Positions 1 through 12,699 of a DNA stretch of 64,000 nucleotides are shown one piece after another. Made by a program: the position numbers and the translations under genes. Origin of the DNA: Octopus vulgaris (lineage: Eukaryota); assembly GCA_951406725.2 (NCBI GenBank), contig OX597814.1, forward strand, positions 170,934,001 to 170,998,000, in the 5' to 3' direction. A model generated the notes under the pieces. That model made no database searches, was not told the origin of the DNA, and was given only the letters and a program-made list of their open reading frames with translations. Within the stretch, counting starts at the first letter, position 1. Every line of letters starts with the position of its first letter.

Positions 1-155
1 ATCTTTATGTTTAGAGTACCAAGGAATGCTGAAAAGGTTGTGGCTAGATTATACATCAGGTGAGTGGAAACAGGAGTAAAAATGCAAATAAAATCAAAGT
101 AACTTCAAAGTAGAAGGCAACTGTCAAAGGTATAGTAGATATGGAAAGATACACA

Positions 156-575
156 TTAACACTTTTGTTACTGTATTTATTTTGAAATGCTCAGTGTTTC
201 TCTCAATTAATTTTAACCCTTTAGCATTTAAACTGGCCATATCTGGCCAAAATATTCTCCCTTGTTATAATGTTCAAATTGGCCAGATCTAGCCTCTCAC
301 ACCAGCCCTACTATATAATTCTAAATATGAATAGTTACTTCATCAAAATCTCAAAGCTACAAGATAATGCAGGTTTAATTTAAAACAATGTGAATAAATA
401 AGCATTACTTTTGGCAGAATAACGTGAATACTAAAGAATTTAGTAAAATAACTTAGTTATCATTCAGCTAGTGTTAGGAACATAAATTGTGACTAAAGTT
501 TGGTGGAAGATTTTAAAACTTATGAAAACAAGTGCGCCAAAGTCAGTTTCAGCCAGGTTGGTATTGAGAGGTTAA
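156..575 (+). mobile_element. TTAA-flanked piggyBac-type MITE (MITE-A), interrupted by a MITE-B copy
   Basis: Starts TTAACACTTTTGTTACTG, ends GGTATTGAGAGGTTAA; both halves align to the intact copy at 42060-42282. Confidence 0.8.
213..436 (+). mobile_element. TTAA-type MITE (MITE-B) nested in MITE-A
   Basis: TTAACCCTTTAGCATTTAAACTGGCC...GTGAATACTAAAG; homologous to 18149-18377, 46502-46986, 52627-52835; right terminus clipped. Confidence 0.8.
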
Positions 576-626
576 TATGACAATAGAGGTGAAGAGGGTG
601 TATCTATGTAGATGTATGTGTGCAAA

Positions 627-745
627 ATGGTTCTGGGTCCAGCCCCGGTGTGTGGCATCTTGGGTAAGTGTTTTCTATCATAGCCTCAGGCCAACCAAAG
701 ACTTGTGAATGGATGATAGATGGAAACTGACAGAAGCTCATCATA
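627..745 (+). mobile_element. SINE family A, 5' fragment
   Basis: GGTTCTGGGTCCAG..GGCATCTTGGGTAAGTG..GGAAACTGACAGAAGC matches 31235-31530. Confidence 0.7.
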
Positions 746-761
746 CTCACACACACATGTA

Positions 762-970
762 GTTGTTGTTGTTAAGCAACAAGACGGGTAAGGGTGATTA
801 GGTGATGGTCTAGGGCTTAGGGGTGGGAGACCCCAGAACTTGGGGGAGGGGGGACTTCGGTCATCTTGTTGTAGCCGAGGACTCTTCGTTGACGTCCAAC
901 ACCACTGGGAGGTGGCCCTCAAAGTCACTGGAAATGGAGATCTCCAGGTCCAAATTCTTGAACGACCACA
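762..970 (-). mobile_element. Probable 3' end of a non-LTR retrotransposon with (AAC)n tail
   Basis: GC-rich island; minus strand has an open frame ending ...SDFEGHLPVVLDVNEESSATTR*, then a C-rich tract with CAACAAGA/TCTTGTTG stem and AACAACAACAAC tail. Confidence 0.45.
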
Positions 971-1074
971 CATATGTATGTACATGTGAGTAAGAGTCTG
1001 TATGTTCCATCATTGTTGTAAAATTGTCACTGTCATACAAGTAGCGTCATTCATTTCCAATATTCTATGGAAAT

Positions 1075-1228
1075 ATCTCTGGCCATGGGGAAATGTTAAC
1101 TTGTTGAGAAACAGGTGAGGGTTAGCAACAGGAAGGGCATTCGACAATAAGAAATCTACCTCAACAAAGTGTCCGACACATGCAAGAATGGAAAAGTGGG
1201 TATTAAAATGATGATGATGATGATGATG
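1075..1228 (+). mobile_element. Old family-B-related retroposon 3' end with (GAT)n tail
   Basis: GGTTAGCAACAGGAAGGGCAT core and (GAT)n tail; diverged relative of 42668-42900. Confidence 0.65.
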
Positions 1229-1450
1229 TTGGTGACACACAAATAGAAAGAGAAACATAGAAAGGCGTAGTTGCATGAATGGAGAAATGTTCATGTTCAT
1301 TAAGATACATTGAAATAAACCTTATGAAACACACACACGCTTCTATATATTCAAACACACCCACCCACAAACATGAACACTAAGTCAGAAAAATTGATTT
1401 AACACAAGAGAGAACATAGCTCAAATGCAGTAGAATTCCAATATTTCTTA

Positions 1451-1581
1451 TTAATTTGCTTGCATCACCTCAGAATTGGGTCCATTTTCTAATCTGCATG
1501 AGTTCATTGATACAGTTGGTGGACAGTCAGATGAGGAGTGCAGATTACCATTAATAGACATTTTATAGCATCTATTAAAAT
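1451..1581 (-). CDS. Possible terminal coding exon, unknown product (very tentative)
   Basis: Upstream poly-T tract plus AG on minus strand, open frame FNRCYKMSINGNLHSSSDCPPTVSMNSCRLENGPNSEVMQAN*; no homology recognised. Confidence 0.12.
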
Positions 1582-1664
1582 CTATCTTGATAAATGATGG
1601 AGTGAAAAAAAAAAAAAAACTCTTGGTATAATAACAATATATATGTGCATATATATAAATACAT

Positions 1665-1666
1665 AT

Positions 1667-1723
<57 letters not shown>

Positions 1724-1738
1724 TACATACATACATAC
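1665..1738. repeat. (AC)n/(ATAC)n microsatellite
   Basis: Direct inspection. Confidence 0.95.
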
Positions 1739-2716
1739 AGATGGGGAGGCACATGTATCTATCTGTTTATCTTTCTGGAGATTTTCAAATGGGTAGAATA
1801 ATAAATTTGATGGGCCATGGTTGTACTCATCAAAACTGTGGTCAGAAACAGAGGAAAAAATAATAAAATAAAATAAAATAAAAAAATAATCTAAGTAATA
1901 AATAGTACTTATTGCATGCCACAACAACCAGCATCGTAACATCATGCAATTTGCGTGGAAGCTCTAAGACGTCTTTCCCCGGAGACCAACCAGGAGTATT
2001 CTGGCAAAATAAACCTGGACTCACTCACTAGCAAGCGCATGCGCGCGCATACACAGATGGACGGACACAAGCGTGCACACACTGGCACACACACACACAC
2101 ACACACACAAGCACTTGTTCAGTCACTGATGGGATTTCATGATTATAAAAAGCCAGGTAAGAGCTGTGTTCATTGCCAACTTTTGTGAAGAATAAATATT
2201 GATTGCTCGCATGCATGACAAAACATTAATGTAATGTGTAACAGTCAAGTAAGTCGTTCGTTGTTCTCATACAATATTATTGCGTATTGGCTGCCGACAA
2301 AAGTTTTGTGTCTAAAACGACTTTTTCCAAAGATGATGATGACGACGGAGAAGAAGAAGAGGAGGAAAGAGATAACGAAGAAGACACAGAAGAATGCATA
2401 CATAGGAAAATTTCCACAATTTATTATTTATTTCTAAGTCTATCTATATATCAGTAATAGGAATTGAAGGAGAAACGGTAAATGTCTCTCCAGCATTTCT
2501 AATAGCGGTAGGGTGAAATACATGCTGGTAGTTATAGGTAAATAAAAATTTTAAATAAATATAAAAGTAATAAATGAAAAAATGTAATGGTTAAATTCAG
2601 ATATGGTTTGAAAAATTTCAGAAAAGGTACAGAAAGATCTTCACATGATTGCTAACAACAGTAATATTCTTTTGCAATGTAACTACTGGAATGTATGTTT
2701 GTATGTATGTATGTAA

Positions 2717-2717
<1 letters not shown>

Positions 2718-2761
<44 letters not shown>

Positions 2762-2800
2762 CAGAGAGAGACAGAGAGACAGACAGACAGACAGACAGGC
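2718..2800. repeat. (TA)n plus (GACA)n compound microsatellite
   Basis: Direct inspection. Confidence 0.9.
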
Positions 2801-3990
2801 AGGCAGAAAGGTAGAGGTAGGGAGGGTGGGGAGATAGGGTGTATATTATTGATCTAAAACTAGCAAGGTCATATGGTGTAAAATAATATTTTAGTAAATT
2901 TAAACCACTTACTAAAAATACTTTGAAATTATATACATGCATGCATGCATGCACATACACACACACATGCACATACATACATACACAAACGCATGATAGG
3001 TAGTTCTGGAGAAATTGTAAAAAAATGCTACAGCACAGACAGAAAGTAGATGCGTGTTATGTATAACAGGTGAGATGGAAAGAGACTCAAACTCTTCGTA
3101 TACAAAGAATGCGAGTACAATTTGTTCTGAGTGGATAACAGGTCTGGAGTGAAAGAAGTAGTGATCTATAATATTTGCATAGAAATGGAGAGACTAACTG
3201 ACTACTATTGTGTAACTCTCAAGTCAGTCCTGATCAAGCAAATTTCGTGAGCAAAGGTGCTCCAGCTGGCACCTTCCAGTTTTGTAAACTGGTCCCCACC
3301 CACACATCAGGGACTACACTGTTCAATGTATCTTTTTATTCTATTTAAGAAGACATGATATAAGGGAGACTTGGGGGTTATTTGTAGTAAGTTGAAGAAT
3401 GAAGTAGAGGGTCTCTTACTGCATAGAATAACTTTATACGCAGCTCAACAAAGGCATTCATCTCTAGCCAAGAATTCAAGTGACAGATGAAACTGACCTC
3501 ATGATTATAGCTCATGGCTTTTATGGATATATAGGGTGTTTACTCTCTGCACTGTATATATGGAAGCTATGACAATGTTCTTGGAGTTCCGTGATGCAAA
3601 TGGCTGAAACATTTGCACTATACGTTTCAAAAAACCTATCAGCCACTCACTCAGAAGGACATGTCACCTACATAGATTTCATGTTCAACAGGAAACAGGA
3701 TAGATAAACCTACCATAGAGTGTGTTGCTGAATGTTGAAAATATCTAGGAGACTAGGACACATCAGTAGAAAGGCATCTACAGATGCACTAAATAGACAG
3801 ACCAATGTAATAACATTACTTTGTACCTGAAACTTTGGATCAGATGCAATTTGGCTTGGTGCAAGGAAGAAGTAAACAATGAACACAGAAAGGGTGTAGT
3901 GCAACAGAGGCAGGTAAGCCAATAGAAAAGGTGGACCTCATATGCTGCAGGAAGAAAATGGGCAATAATTGCCAGGAATATATAGGATAT

Positions 3991-4321
3991 CTCTCTTTTA
4001 TTTCTTTTACTTGTTTCAATCATTTGACTGTGGCCATGCTGGAGCACTGCCTTTAGTCGAGAAAATCGACCCCCAGTACTTATTCTTTGTAAGCCTAGTA
4101 CTTATTTTATTAGTCTCTTTTGCTGAACCACTAAGTTATGGGGACGTAAATACACCAGCATCGGTTGTCAAGTGATGTTGGGGTGGCAAACACAGACACA
4201 CAAACATATACACACATATACAGATATACGACAGGCTTCTTTCAGTTTCTGTCTACCAAATCCACTCACAAAGCTTTAGTCGGCCCGAGGTTATAGTAGA
4301 AGACACTTGCCCAAGGTGCCA
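3991..4321 (-). mobile_element. SINE family A (tRNA-like head, internal TA/CA microsatellite), 5'-truncated
   Basis: CTTTTACTTGTTTCAATCATTTGACTGTGGCCATGCTGGAGCAC...GACACTTGCCCAAGGTGCC shared with many copies in the window. Confidence 0.9.
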
Positions 4322-4615
4322 CTACTTTCTTAAATGTCAAGTAGGCTCCTCAGAAGTAGTTGATAGGTGATAGCTTCTATTATCTAGGTGATCACAGTAA
4401 CAATTAGGATGACTGTTCTGAAAGAATAGTATCCAGTGTAAGACCAGTTACTGGCCAAACTCACTCCAATATGAAGTGGAAATTTAGATTCAAATAGGGA
4501 CCACTGGTTACTAATAGTACCAATGCCTTAATTACAAAACAACAAAGGCCCCTATATTTTGCTCAACCTGCAAGCAATAGCAACCAAATCATTCTCAAAC
4601 AACAATCTACGACTA

Positions 4616-4807
4616 TAACCTTCTTTTATCATATTTCTGTTGAAATATGCTGCCTTTAGTTCAATCAATTTTTAAAATAAGGAATTCAGTAAAATACTTT
4701 AGTTAATAAGTTTGTGTTTGAAACAAATTAATTTGAAATTTTGATAGAAGGCTTTTAATTTCGATCACCAGGGGCAATCCCAAGTAGTTTGGTATCAAAG
4801 GCATTAA
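4616..4807 (+). mobile_element. Diverged MITE-A relative
   Basis: TAACCTTCTTTTATCATATTT...GGTATCAAAGGCATTAA; internal similarity to 42060-42282. Confidence 0.5.
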
Positions 4808-7414
4808 AAAGTAAAGGGCAAAATTTGACAGTGGAATTGTATGCATAAGGCGGTGCTCCAGCATGGCTGTAGTCAAATGACTGAAACAAGTAAAAGGATA
4901 AAAGACAAGATTGGCTATATATGGAATGCCACTAACTCTACTTGATGAGGGCTAACCAGAGGTAGAACAACAAGATGAAACCTAAACCATTCAGTAGATA
5001 ACTTTATTCGTGCTAGCTGGAGTTTGACTGTATTCCAAAAGACAATGGAAGCTAAAAATAGAAGTCTGAAGTCTCACTTCTAAATTAACTTGAAATGTTT
5101 GCAACAAATTTGTGTAAATAATTATGACAGGCACCTCTCTCTCTCTCTCTTTCTCTTTCTCTTTCGCACACACACACATACACACACGCTCACAGATAAT
5201 TAAAGTGAAATATTTTAATCATTCCAATAGATCCAACTGGTCTGGAAAAAGAAGCAGTTACTTCCTGTTTCCCTTTCAACCACAACCACCGTTCCTCATC
5301 AAAAACAGATCCCTTTTCTACCTTTTATAAAAAGAAAAAAACAAAAACTAAGACAGCAACAACAAAATCATCAAAAATGGTTTTGTTTATTCTGCAGATA
5401 TTTTCAAATTTTATGAAAAACGGGAAACAAAGGTAGAGCAGGATGCACAAAGAAAGGATAATGAGATGAGTGGGAGGGTGGAGGGTGTAGAGTGGAGACA
5501 GAGAGCAAGAAAGAATCTATTTTAGAGTATTTAATGATAATTCAAATACTAATTATGCTTTAAAGAAATAGAAGAAAAGAGGAAAAAGCACATATAATTT
5601 GGCAAGAAAATATATATATAAAAAAAAAATACTATTTCTAGTAGACAGATAGATCGTTTGTGTGAGCTTGTGCAAGTGTATTTCAAGTAGATACCAGCCA
5701 TTTATGTGCGAGTGTAAGTAAGTCAATATGAGAGATAGATATTTTGTAAGCATTAACAGTAAGACTGACAAAACACAACCATAACCCACACACATACACA
5801 TGAAGAATTCACTACACACAGAACAGATACAACACAAACAGAGAGTTATTTACTCTGACAGCCTTTTCACTTTAATTTCTGTATATAAAATCAAATTGTT
5901 TCTAATAAAATAATGGTTTAGGTTTTTAAAAAAGAAAGAAAAACAGAAACTGAAAACGTTTGCAATCAGCAACGCTGCAGCGATATAATGTAACAGTTAT
6001 ACAATATAAATGAAAAGACAAGAATATATATAAAAATCCTCCTTCACTCTATATGACATTCTTCTTTTTTATTCTTTTTATATTTTGTAAACCTATATAA
6101 GATTAGGTCTCTAATGAATGATTTCAAGCATCTTTGAGATGTATATCCATGAAAATAACAAGAAGAAAAAAAAAAAATTAAAAAAAGAAAAACATTCACA
6201 CAAATACGTTTGTTAAGAAAGAAAACAAAGCACATTTGTTCAGTTGTCAGTCACAATTTATGATAACCAAAAAAAGAACATTGAGCTATAATTATTTTAT
6301 TGCAAACAATCTTGAGACAAAACTTCAAATGAGAGGAGAGAAAATACAATTAGGTTCACATGACTTTTCATCAAAGAGGAACACCAACAAAAATCCTATA
6401 GGCTATCTTTACAAATTTTTTCTCCCCTTTTCACCTTACATGTATGTATGTGTGTGTGTGTATATGTGTGTGAAGGTGTCTCTAAGCGAGATAGAATCAA
6501 CATATGATACGCCACACAGAGCTGACAGTTATGGCTACCATATCACACCTGGAGGGGAAATAAAAGTTGAACCATCCATTTTTGTTTTTATCTCACTTTT
6601 GAATCCACTCGGAATTCTGAGTTGAAAGTGAAGCCAGGAAACAAGTAATACATAATTTGTTTACTTGCACTTCTATTATAGCTGATTTGAAGCCTAGAGA
6701 ACATGCAGTCAATCTGTGAAAAATAGCAGCCAAATCTACCTTAAATCTAAAACCGTACCATTTTATAAAGAAAGGAAGGAGACATTAGCGAATGAAGCCT
6801 TCAATACAAACAAAAACAAAGGCAGTCACAATAAATATATCTTTCAGGCCTATTCAATCCCATGTGAATGAGAGTCAATTAGATCGCAACTACAACAGAG
6901 CACTGGCCTACAGATGTGCATACATACAGCTAAGTAGGCTGGGCTGTTAAGAATTAAGCGTCTTCACATAAGGGGCATAGGGTTACCTCAGAATGAAGCA
7001 TCAGTAACAAACAAGTGAATAAAATTTGCAATAAAGTTTTGGTTAAAACTTATTTTAAGAGTGGGGGTAGGGAGAAAAAGAGAGAGTGTGTACATGCATG
7101 CTGTATACCAACTTAATATGTTCATGGTTGGGTACATGATTTTGTGAGGGACACCAAAGTGGAGTATGAGAGAAAAAGTTAGGCACAGGGCCAAAACATT
7201 AAAAAAATACTACCTCTTGGTTGGCTTTCCAGTACTCTTTGTGTCTCACACTTTCTTTCAGATGTCAAGGATAGAGGAGTTTATATATCAAATACTACAC
7301 TAAAGCATCATTCAATACTTTTAGTAGAGTAACACATATTTTATATTTACAATATAGATTACCTGTAGCATAGATATGATCACTGGGAATTTCTAAGAAA
7401 TAATCTGCTTTAGA

Positions 7415-7885
7415 TCAAAGTAGCATGAGGTGGGAAAATGATGCAGTTGATAGAGTGACAACAACTAAGAGATAAGTTTGTAAAACCTGAAAGGGAAGTA
7501 GGAGTAGGGAGCATTACCAAATGACCAGAAGGACAGCTCAGTGTCAGGTATACTTGGCTAAGAGTGAGGGAGGCAGGAAGGGATTTGTGCATTCGTGCCA
7601 TGTCTTGAAACTGTGGGGATCAGAGGTATAAAGCATTCAGGGTTGTGAGGTAGTGCTGAGAGAGAACCAAAATGTCATTGGTGAAAAGTGTATCCAGGAT
7701 GATGTGGCAGAAAATAAAGGTGCATGGAAGTTCTATTATGGGGCTGTGAACATAGAGAATGCATCGGAAAAAGAAGAGTGGTTTTTCTCCTCGTGATGAT
7801 GCTAGAGAGGGGCCAACCAAGTTGACAACAGCATGGAAGATAAAACAATCAAGGACCTGAAGACAGGGAAAGCTATGGGTACATT
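7415..7885 (+). pseudogene. Decayed RTE-clade LINE fragment (endonuclease-RT linker)
   Basis: Frameshifted remnants resembling WENDAVDR, VIGEKCIQDD, KTIKDLKTGKAMG (cf. RTE AIKxMKxGKAPG). Confidence 0.6.
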
Positions 7886-8341
7886 ATCATCATCTTAATT
7901 ATAAGTACATGTCCCATGCTGGCAAAGGTTGGACAATTTTTCAGGGCTTGATGGGTTCAAGGACTGCATCATGCTTCCCAGTACTTTGGCATGGTTGCTA
8001 TGGCTGGATGTCCTTGACAACACCAACCATTTTGCAGCAAGCATTGCATGTTTTATCATGTCCACCAACACTAATAAGTTCACCATGCAGCTTGTAAAAT
8101 TATGAACCCCGAGAGAAGAGGATTTACATTAAGAGATGAGGAGCCAGAACAGAGCAGAGCAGGTGTCTTGCAGTAGAGGGGCTGCACAGCAACTCACATT
8201 TTAAAAGGAAGAATAGGAAACATTAGGGTGGAGCAGAGAATAAATAAAAGTGATGATGAGGTATCTGACTGGACCCTCTAGGTATGACGTGACTAGAAGT
8301 GAGTGGGGGGAGGGGGGCAAAAGGACCAGGAATGCTGGTGA

Positions 8342-8409
<68 letters not shown>

Positions 8410-8413
<4 letters not shown>

Positions 8414-8634
8414 ATTTAGGGATAAACCACTAGGTGGATAATCGTATGCTAGAAGAAGATCACATATCGTATGTGATCTTCTTCTAGCGTATGGTTATCC
8501 ACCTAGTGGTTTATCCCAAAATATACACATGTATTGAATTTTTTTCTGATTTTTCAGATTTTTTATATGCTAGGCTACTGGTTTTAAATTGATATTAATT
8601 AAATTAATATTCAATTTATCTCCCTCATTATTTA

Positions 8635-8640
<6 letters not shown>
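8410..8640. repeat. Microsatellite-embedded repeat with a ~120-bp terminal fold-back palindrome (8410-8529)
   Basis: GGGATAAACCACTAGGTGGATAA...GATCACATA tcg TATGTGATC...TTATCCACCTAGTGGTTTATCCC; flanked by (TG)n and (TA)n. Confidence 0.85.
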
Positions 8641-8674
<34 letters not shown>

Positions 8675-8677
<3 letters not shown>

Positions 8678-8910
8678 GCTCATGACTTGGTGGTTAGGGC
8701 ATTGCATTCATGGATGGTAGATCATAATTTCAGTTCCTAAACTGGGTGGTGCATTGTGTTCTTCAGCAAGGTACTCCTTCCCCTGTTTCTCTGCAATCAC
8801 TTTGACACCTGACGTGTGGTACACCATGCACCTGTTCAGACAATGTTGATTTGATGGAGAGAGTGAGTTAATGTGTGCGGCGCAAACGTTTGATTACTTG
8901 TGCAGATCAT
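8675..8910 (+). mobile_element. Diverged tRNA-derived SINE (family D/E relative)
   Basis: ATGACTTGGTGGTTAGGGC A-box-like head, TTTCAGTTCC B-box remnant, GCATTGTGTTCTT. Confidence 0.55.
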
Positions 8911-10435
8911 GTAGAGGATGCTGTAGAGAGGATATAGTATCTTTGTTGAAACTGAAGTTCATCTTGTGACTTGAGTTTCAAGTCTCTAATAATATATACA
9001 TCCACACCAACACACACACATACACACATATATAAATATATAAACACAAAGAGAGCGAGAAGTTGAGGTTATAAGAGATAATGGTGTCATTGAGACCCAA
9101 AGGTGTCAGGTAATGCTGAATAAGTGCTATAGACAGACCATAGTTAAGTTCCAGATTCGGTAATATTGCGAATAAAGGGTTCAACGTTGGTTCTATGTCA
9201 GCGTGTGTATATAAGAATTTGAGGAGGTAAATATAAATACACAAACAATGCTCAAATGCCCTATATTTCTGACCACATTATTAATGTGTGTGTATGTATA
9301 TATACACAACACACACACACTTGGGAACAGAGAATCAAAAGGCAAATTAATGCAGTGAGAGAAAAAAAAAGAAAAAAGAATGGAAAAAAAAACAGGGGTA
9401 AAAGGTGTGGTGAATGAAGTCTCCAGTAAACCAACCAAATTACTGTACTTGTCCAACTATCACATGTGTTTCCTATTTCAAAAGCAAGCTCATTCTCTAT
9501 TTCGCCTCCCTCCCCTTCTCTCTCTCTCTCCCCCACTTCTCACCCCTCTCTCTATATTTGCGAGGGTGAAGTCGAAGAAGGTTTGCAAAATTCCTCAAAA
9601 TAAAATAAGAAAAATATGGGGGTGGAGAATGAGAAAAGGGAGGAGAATGTGAGAAGTAGGGAAGCAACCAAAATGTAAATGATGTTTCCAATTTAATTTA
9701 ATTGCCCTTTCACAAAAATTCCATCAATTCCTTGCTAAGTACATGTACCCACATTATAAACTGTACCCAAGAGTAAAACCATTGCTGATAGAGGAGAGTG
9801 TGTCTTCATCGCATTCGTTTTATTGTTGCTATTATATCTTTTACATTTTCCCTTTTTTTTTTTTGTTTTGTAGTAATTTCTACACTTTATATTTTTCTAA
9901 TTTGATGTGCCTTCCTAATTAGCAAAAAATAAATATATGAATAAATAAAATTAAAAATTTAAGATTTTTTTTTTTTATTTCTGTTTTCATTTATTATTAT
10001 TATCATTAACAGCACAAATCAAACTGACAACTACAATAATAACGATTAGAAAGATTCTGACAAAAGCTTTAAAATTTATATATTTTATTTCTTTTTTAAA
10101 GACGTTCACCCATTAAGCATTTTCAAGATGGCTACCTTTTATGCAGTCATACATTGAAGAAGTCATTTCGCATTCACTGACAAATCATATCTTGCGCTTT
10201 TACCAACATAAATAAATAGAAATACACTCTAAAAGTTCATTTCACTATCAAAGTCTTAATATTTGAACAACTCTAAAATGATATTTTTTTTTTAATGTTC
10301 CCATATTTTCATTTTCTAAATTGTCACATCTACATCTGTTTCCAAACTAATACATACACCATGATGGTGCATAGAAAAATGACCAGGCTATGAAGGTTTA
10401 GACCTTTAATAATTTCACCCCCTTTATAATGTACA

Positions 10436-10720
10436 AGGATGACTGTATGGTTAAGAAGCTTGCTTTGCAATCTTGTAGTTGCAGGCTCATTTTCATTGCG
10501 TGGCACCTTGTGCAAGTGTCTTCTAATATAGCCCCAGGTTGACCAGTGCCATGCGAGTGAATTTCATAGACAAGGATCATGTGAAGGCTGTTCTATATAT
10601 GTATGTATGTGTCTTTGTGTTTGTCCCCAACTCAATGCTTGACAATTGGTATCAATTTGTTTATGTCCCTATAACTTAACAGTTCAGCAGAAGAAACTGA
10701 TAGAACAAGTGCCGGACTTC
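10436..10720 (+). mobile_element. SINE family A, diverged
   Basis: TGTATGGTTAAGAAGCTTGC head, GGCACCTTGTGCAAGTGTC, TGCTTGACAA. Confidence 0.8.
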
Positions 10721-10899
10721 TGAAGTATTTTTTGATTAATTGATGAAATAACAGCAAAATCTTCCTCAGATCATACCTTACCAACTCTTTTACTCTTTTA
10801 CCTGTTTCAGTCATTTGACTGTGGCCATGCTGGAGCACCGCCTTAAAAAGAACCAGAAGAAATGCCACTGGGCATTTTTGTTGGGCGTGGTAACGATTT

Positions 10900-11054
10900 A
10901 ACCAAGAGGAAATATGTATCCAAGACTATATATAAGTCTAGGTACATTATATATTGAACTACTGAGACAACCATACCAACCTAGAAAAACTAAGAGAAAT
11001 ATGTATTCAAGACTATATATAAGTCTAGGCAGATTATATGTTGAACTACTAAGA
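10900..11054. repeat. Two-copy tandem duplication, ~88-bp period
   Basis: AAATATGTAT(C/T)CAAGACTATATATAAGTCTAGG...TTGAACTACT occurs twice. Confidence 0.85.
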
Positions 11055-11243
11055 TGATCATGGCGCCAAAAGCTTTGATTATATAGGTCTGCTGAATCAA
11101 AGTTAACCAAGAGCTAAACAACTAGATGAGACTTTAATAATAAGTCAAACATTCATTAACCACAAGACAGAATACCAAATGATAAATACCTCACAGAATA
11201 TGGAGGGGGGAAAAACAGATTTGTGTAGATTCCAATCAGTTTA

Positions 11244-11287
<44 letters not shown>

Positions 11288-11441
11288 CTGTGTGTGTGTG
11301 TGTGTGTGTGTATGTATATATGGAAACTACAATTCAGAATTATCAGATTGATGAAAATATTTATTTCGAATAACATTTAACAGAAATATAAATTCATTAC
11401 AAACAGCAGAAAGTGAGAAAAGGTAAATACACAGAAACACA

Positions 11442-11485
<44 letters not shown>

Positions 11486-11769
11486 TACATATACACAGAG
11501 TGCTGTTGTAATAACAAATGTAGCAAAATGATTTATCCTGGAAAAGCGCCTATAAAAGAGGGAGAGAGAGAGAGAGTGACAGAGAGAAAGAAAATCGAAA
11601 TTATATGCCAAACAAAGGTATCTGAGGGGACAAAATGAGACCAATAGTGAATTCACAACAATAGAAGGCTAATGACTTCTTTCCTCTAACTCAGTAAGTA
11701 TGGTGTACATGTGCGCCTGTGCTATATGGGTGTATGCATACACATGTGTATTTAATTTACTATAAGTTG

Positions 11770-11820
<51 letters not shown>

Positions 11821-12261
11821 CATACATATATATAGATACATATATATACACATACATACATATATATAGATACATATATATACACATGCATACATATATA
11901 TACACATGCATACATATATATATATACACATACATACATATATATAGATACATATATATATACACATGCATACATATATATAGATACATATATACACACA
12001 TACATACATATAGATACATATATATACACATACATACATATATAGATACATATATATACATACATACATACATATATACATACATACATATACACATACA
12101 TATATACATATACACATACATATATACATATACACATACATACACATACATATATACATATACACATACATATATACATATACACATACATATATACATA
12201 TACACATACATATATACATATATACATACATATATACATATACACATACATATATACATAT

Positions 12262-12306
<45 letters not shown>

Positions 12307-12335
12307 TACATACATGTGTGTGTGTGTGTGCATGT
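11770..12335. repeat. ~560-bp compound TA/CA micro/minisatellite
   Basis: (TA)n ends; core of alternating TATATACATA and TACACATACA decamers. Confidence 0.95.
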
Positions 12336-12699
12336 GTAAATATATTCACACACACGCATATAATACAGACACATTATAATTATCGCCATCATCATAATCA
12401 TCCTCATCGTCATTATTATTTTGAAAGAGCCATGAAATCAAACAAGTAAACCAAAAGACAGCCATTTATTCTTCCATTGTTTGTTTTTCAATAGCACCTG
12501 TAATAGCACAGAGATGTGCTGACATTTATCAAAATTTAAGACAAGAAAAGGAATGGGGAGGTAGACATAATATTCCACACAGTAGCTGCAGCTTTTGTTG
12601 AGAGCATTGCTACTATTAGCTGCAGTATCATTTGTCATTTAACGAAAATGTTTGACTAACTAATTTATGAGACAAAAATTCTAAAACAAGAACAAGTTC

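Noticed and set aside
2140-2165. TATAAAA followed by CAG|GTAAG
   Set aside because: Spacing incompatible with a promoter plus first exon; expected by chance in AT-rich DNA
6470-6570. Minus-strand acceptor CTTTTATTTCCCCTCCAG|G at 6548
   Set aside because: All three frames stop within ~55 nt and no donor was found
10900-11054. CRISPR-like repeat with palindromic core
   Set aside because: Only two long imperfect copies, eukaryotic context, no cas genes
11669-12413. Longest ORFs (187-228 aa, Y/I/M/C/V-rich)
   Set aside because: Translations of a TA/CA microsatellite, open in several frames; same for 27307-27894, 49700-50224 and 61674-62126
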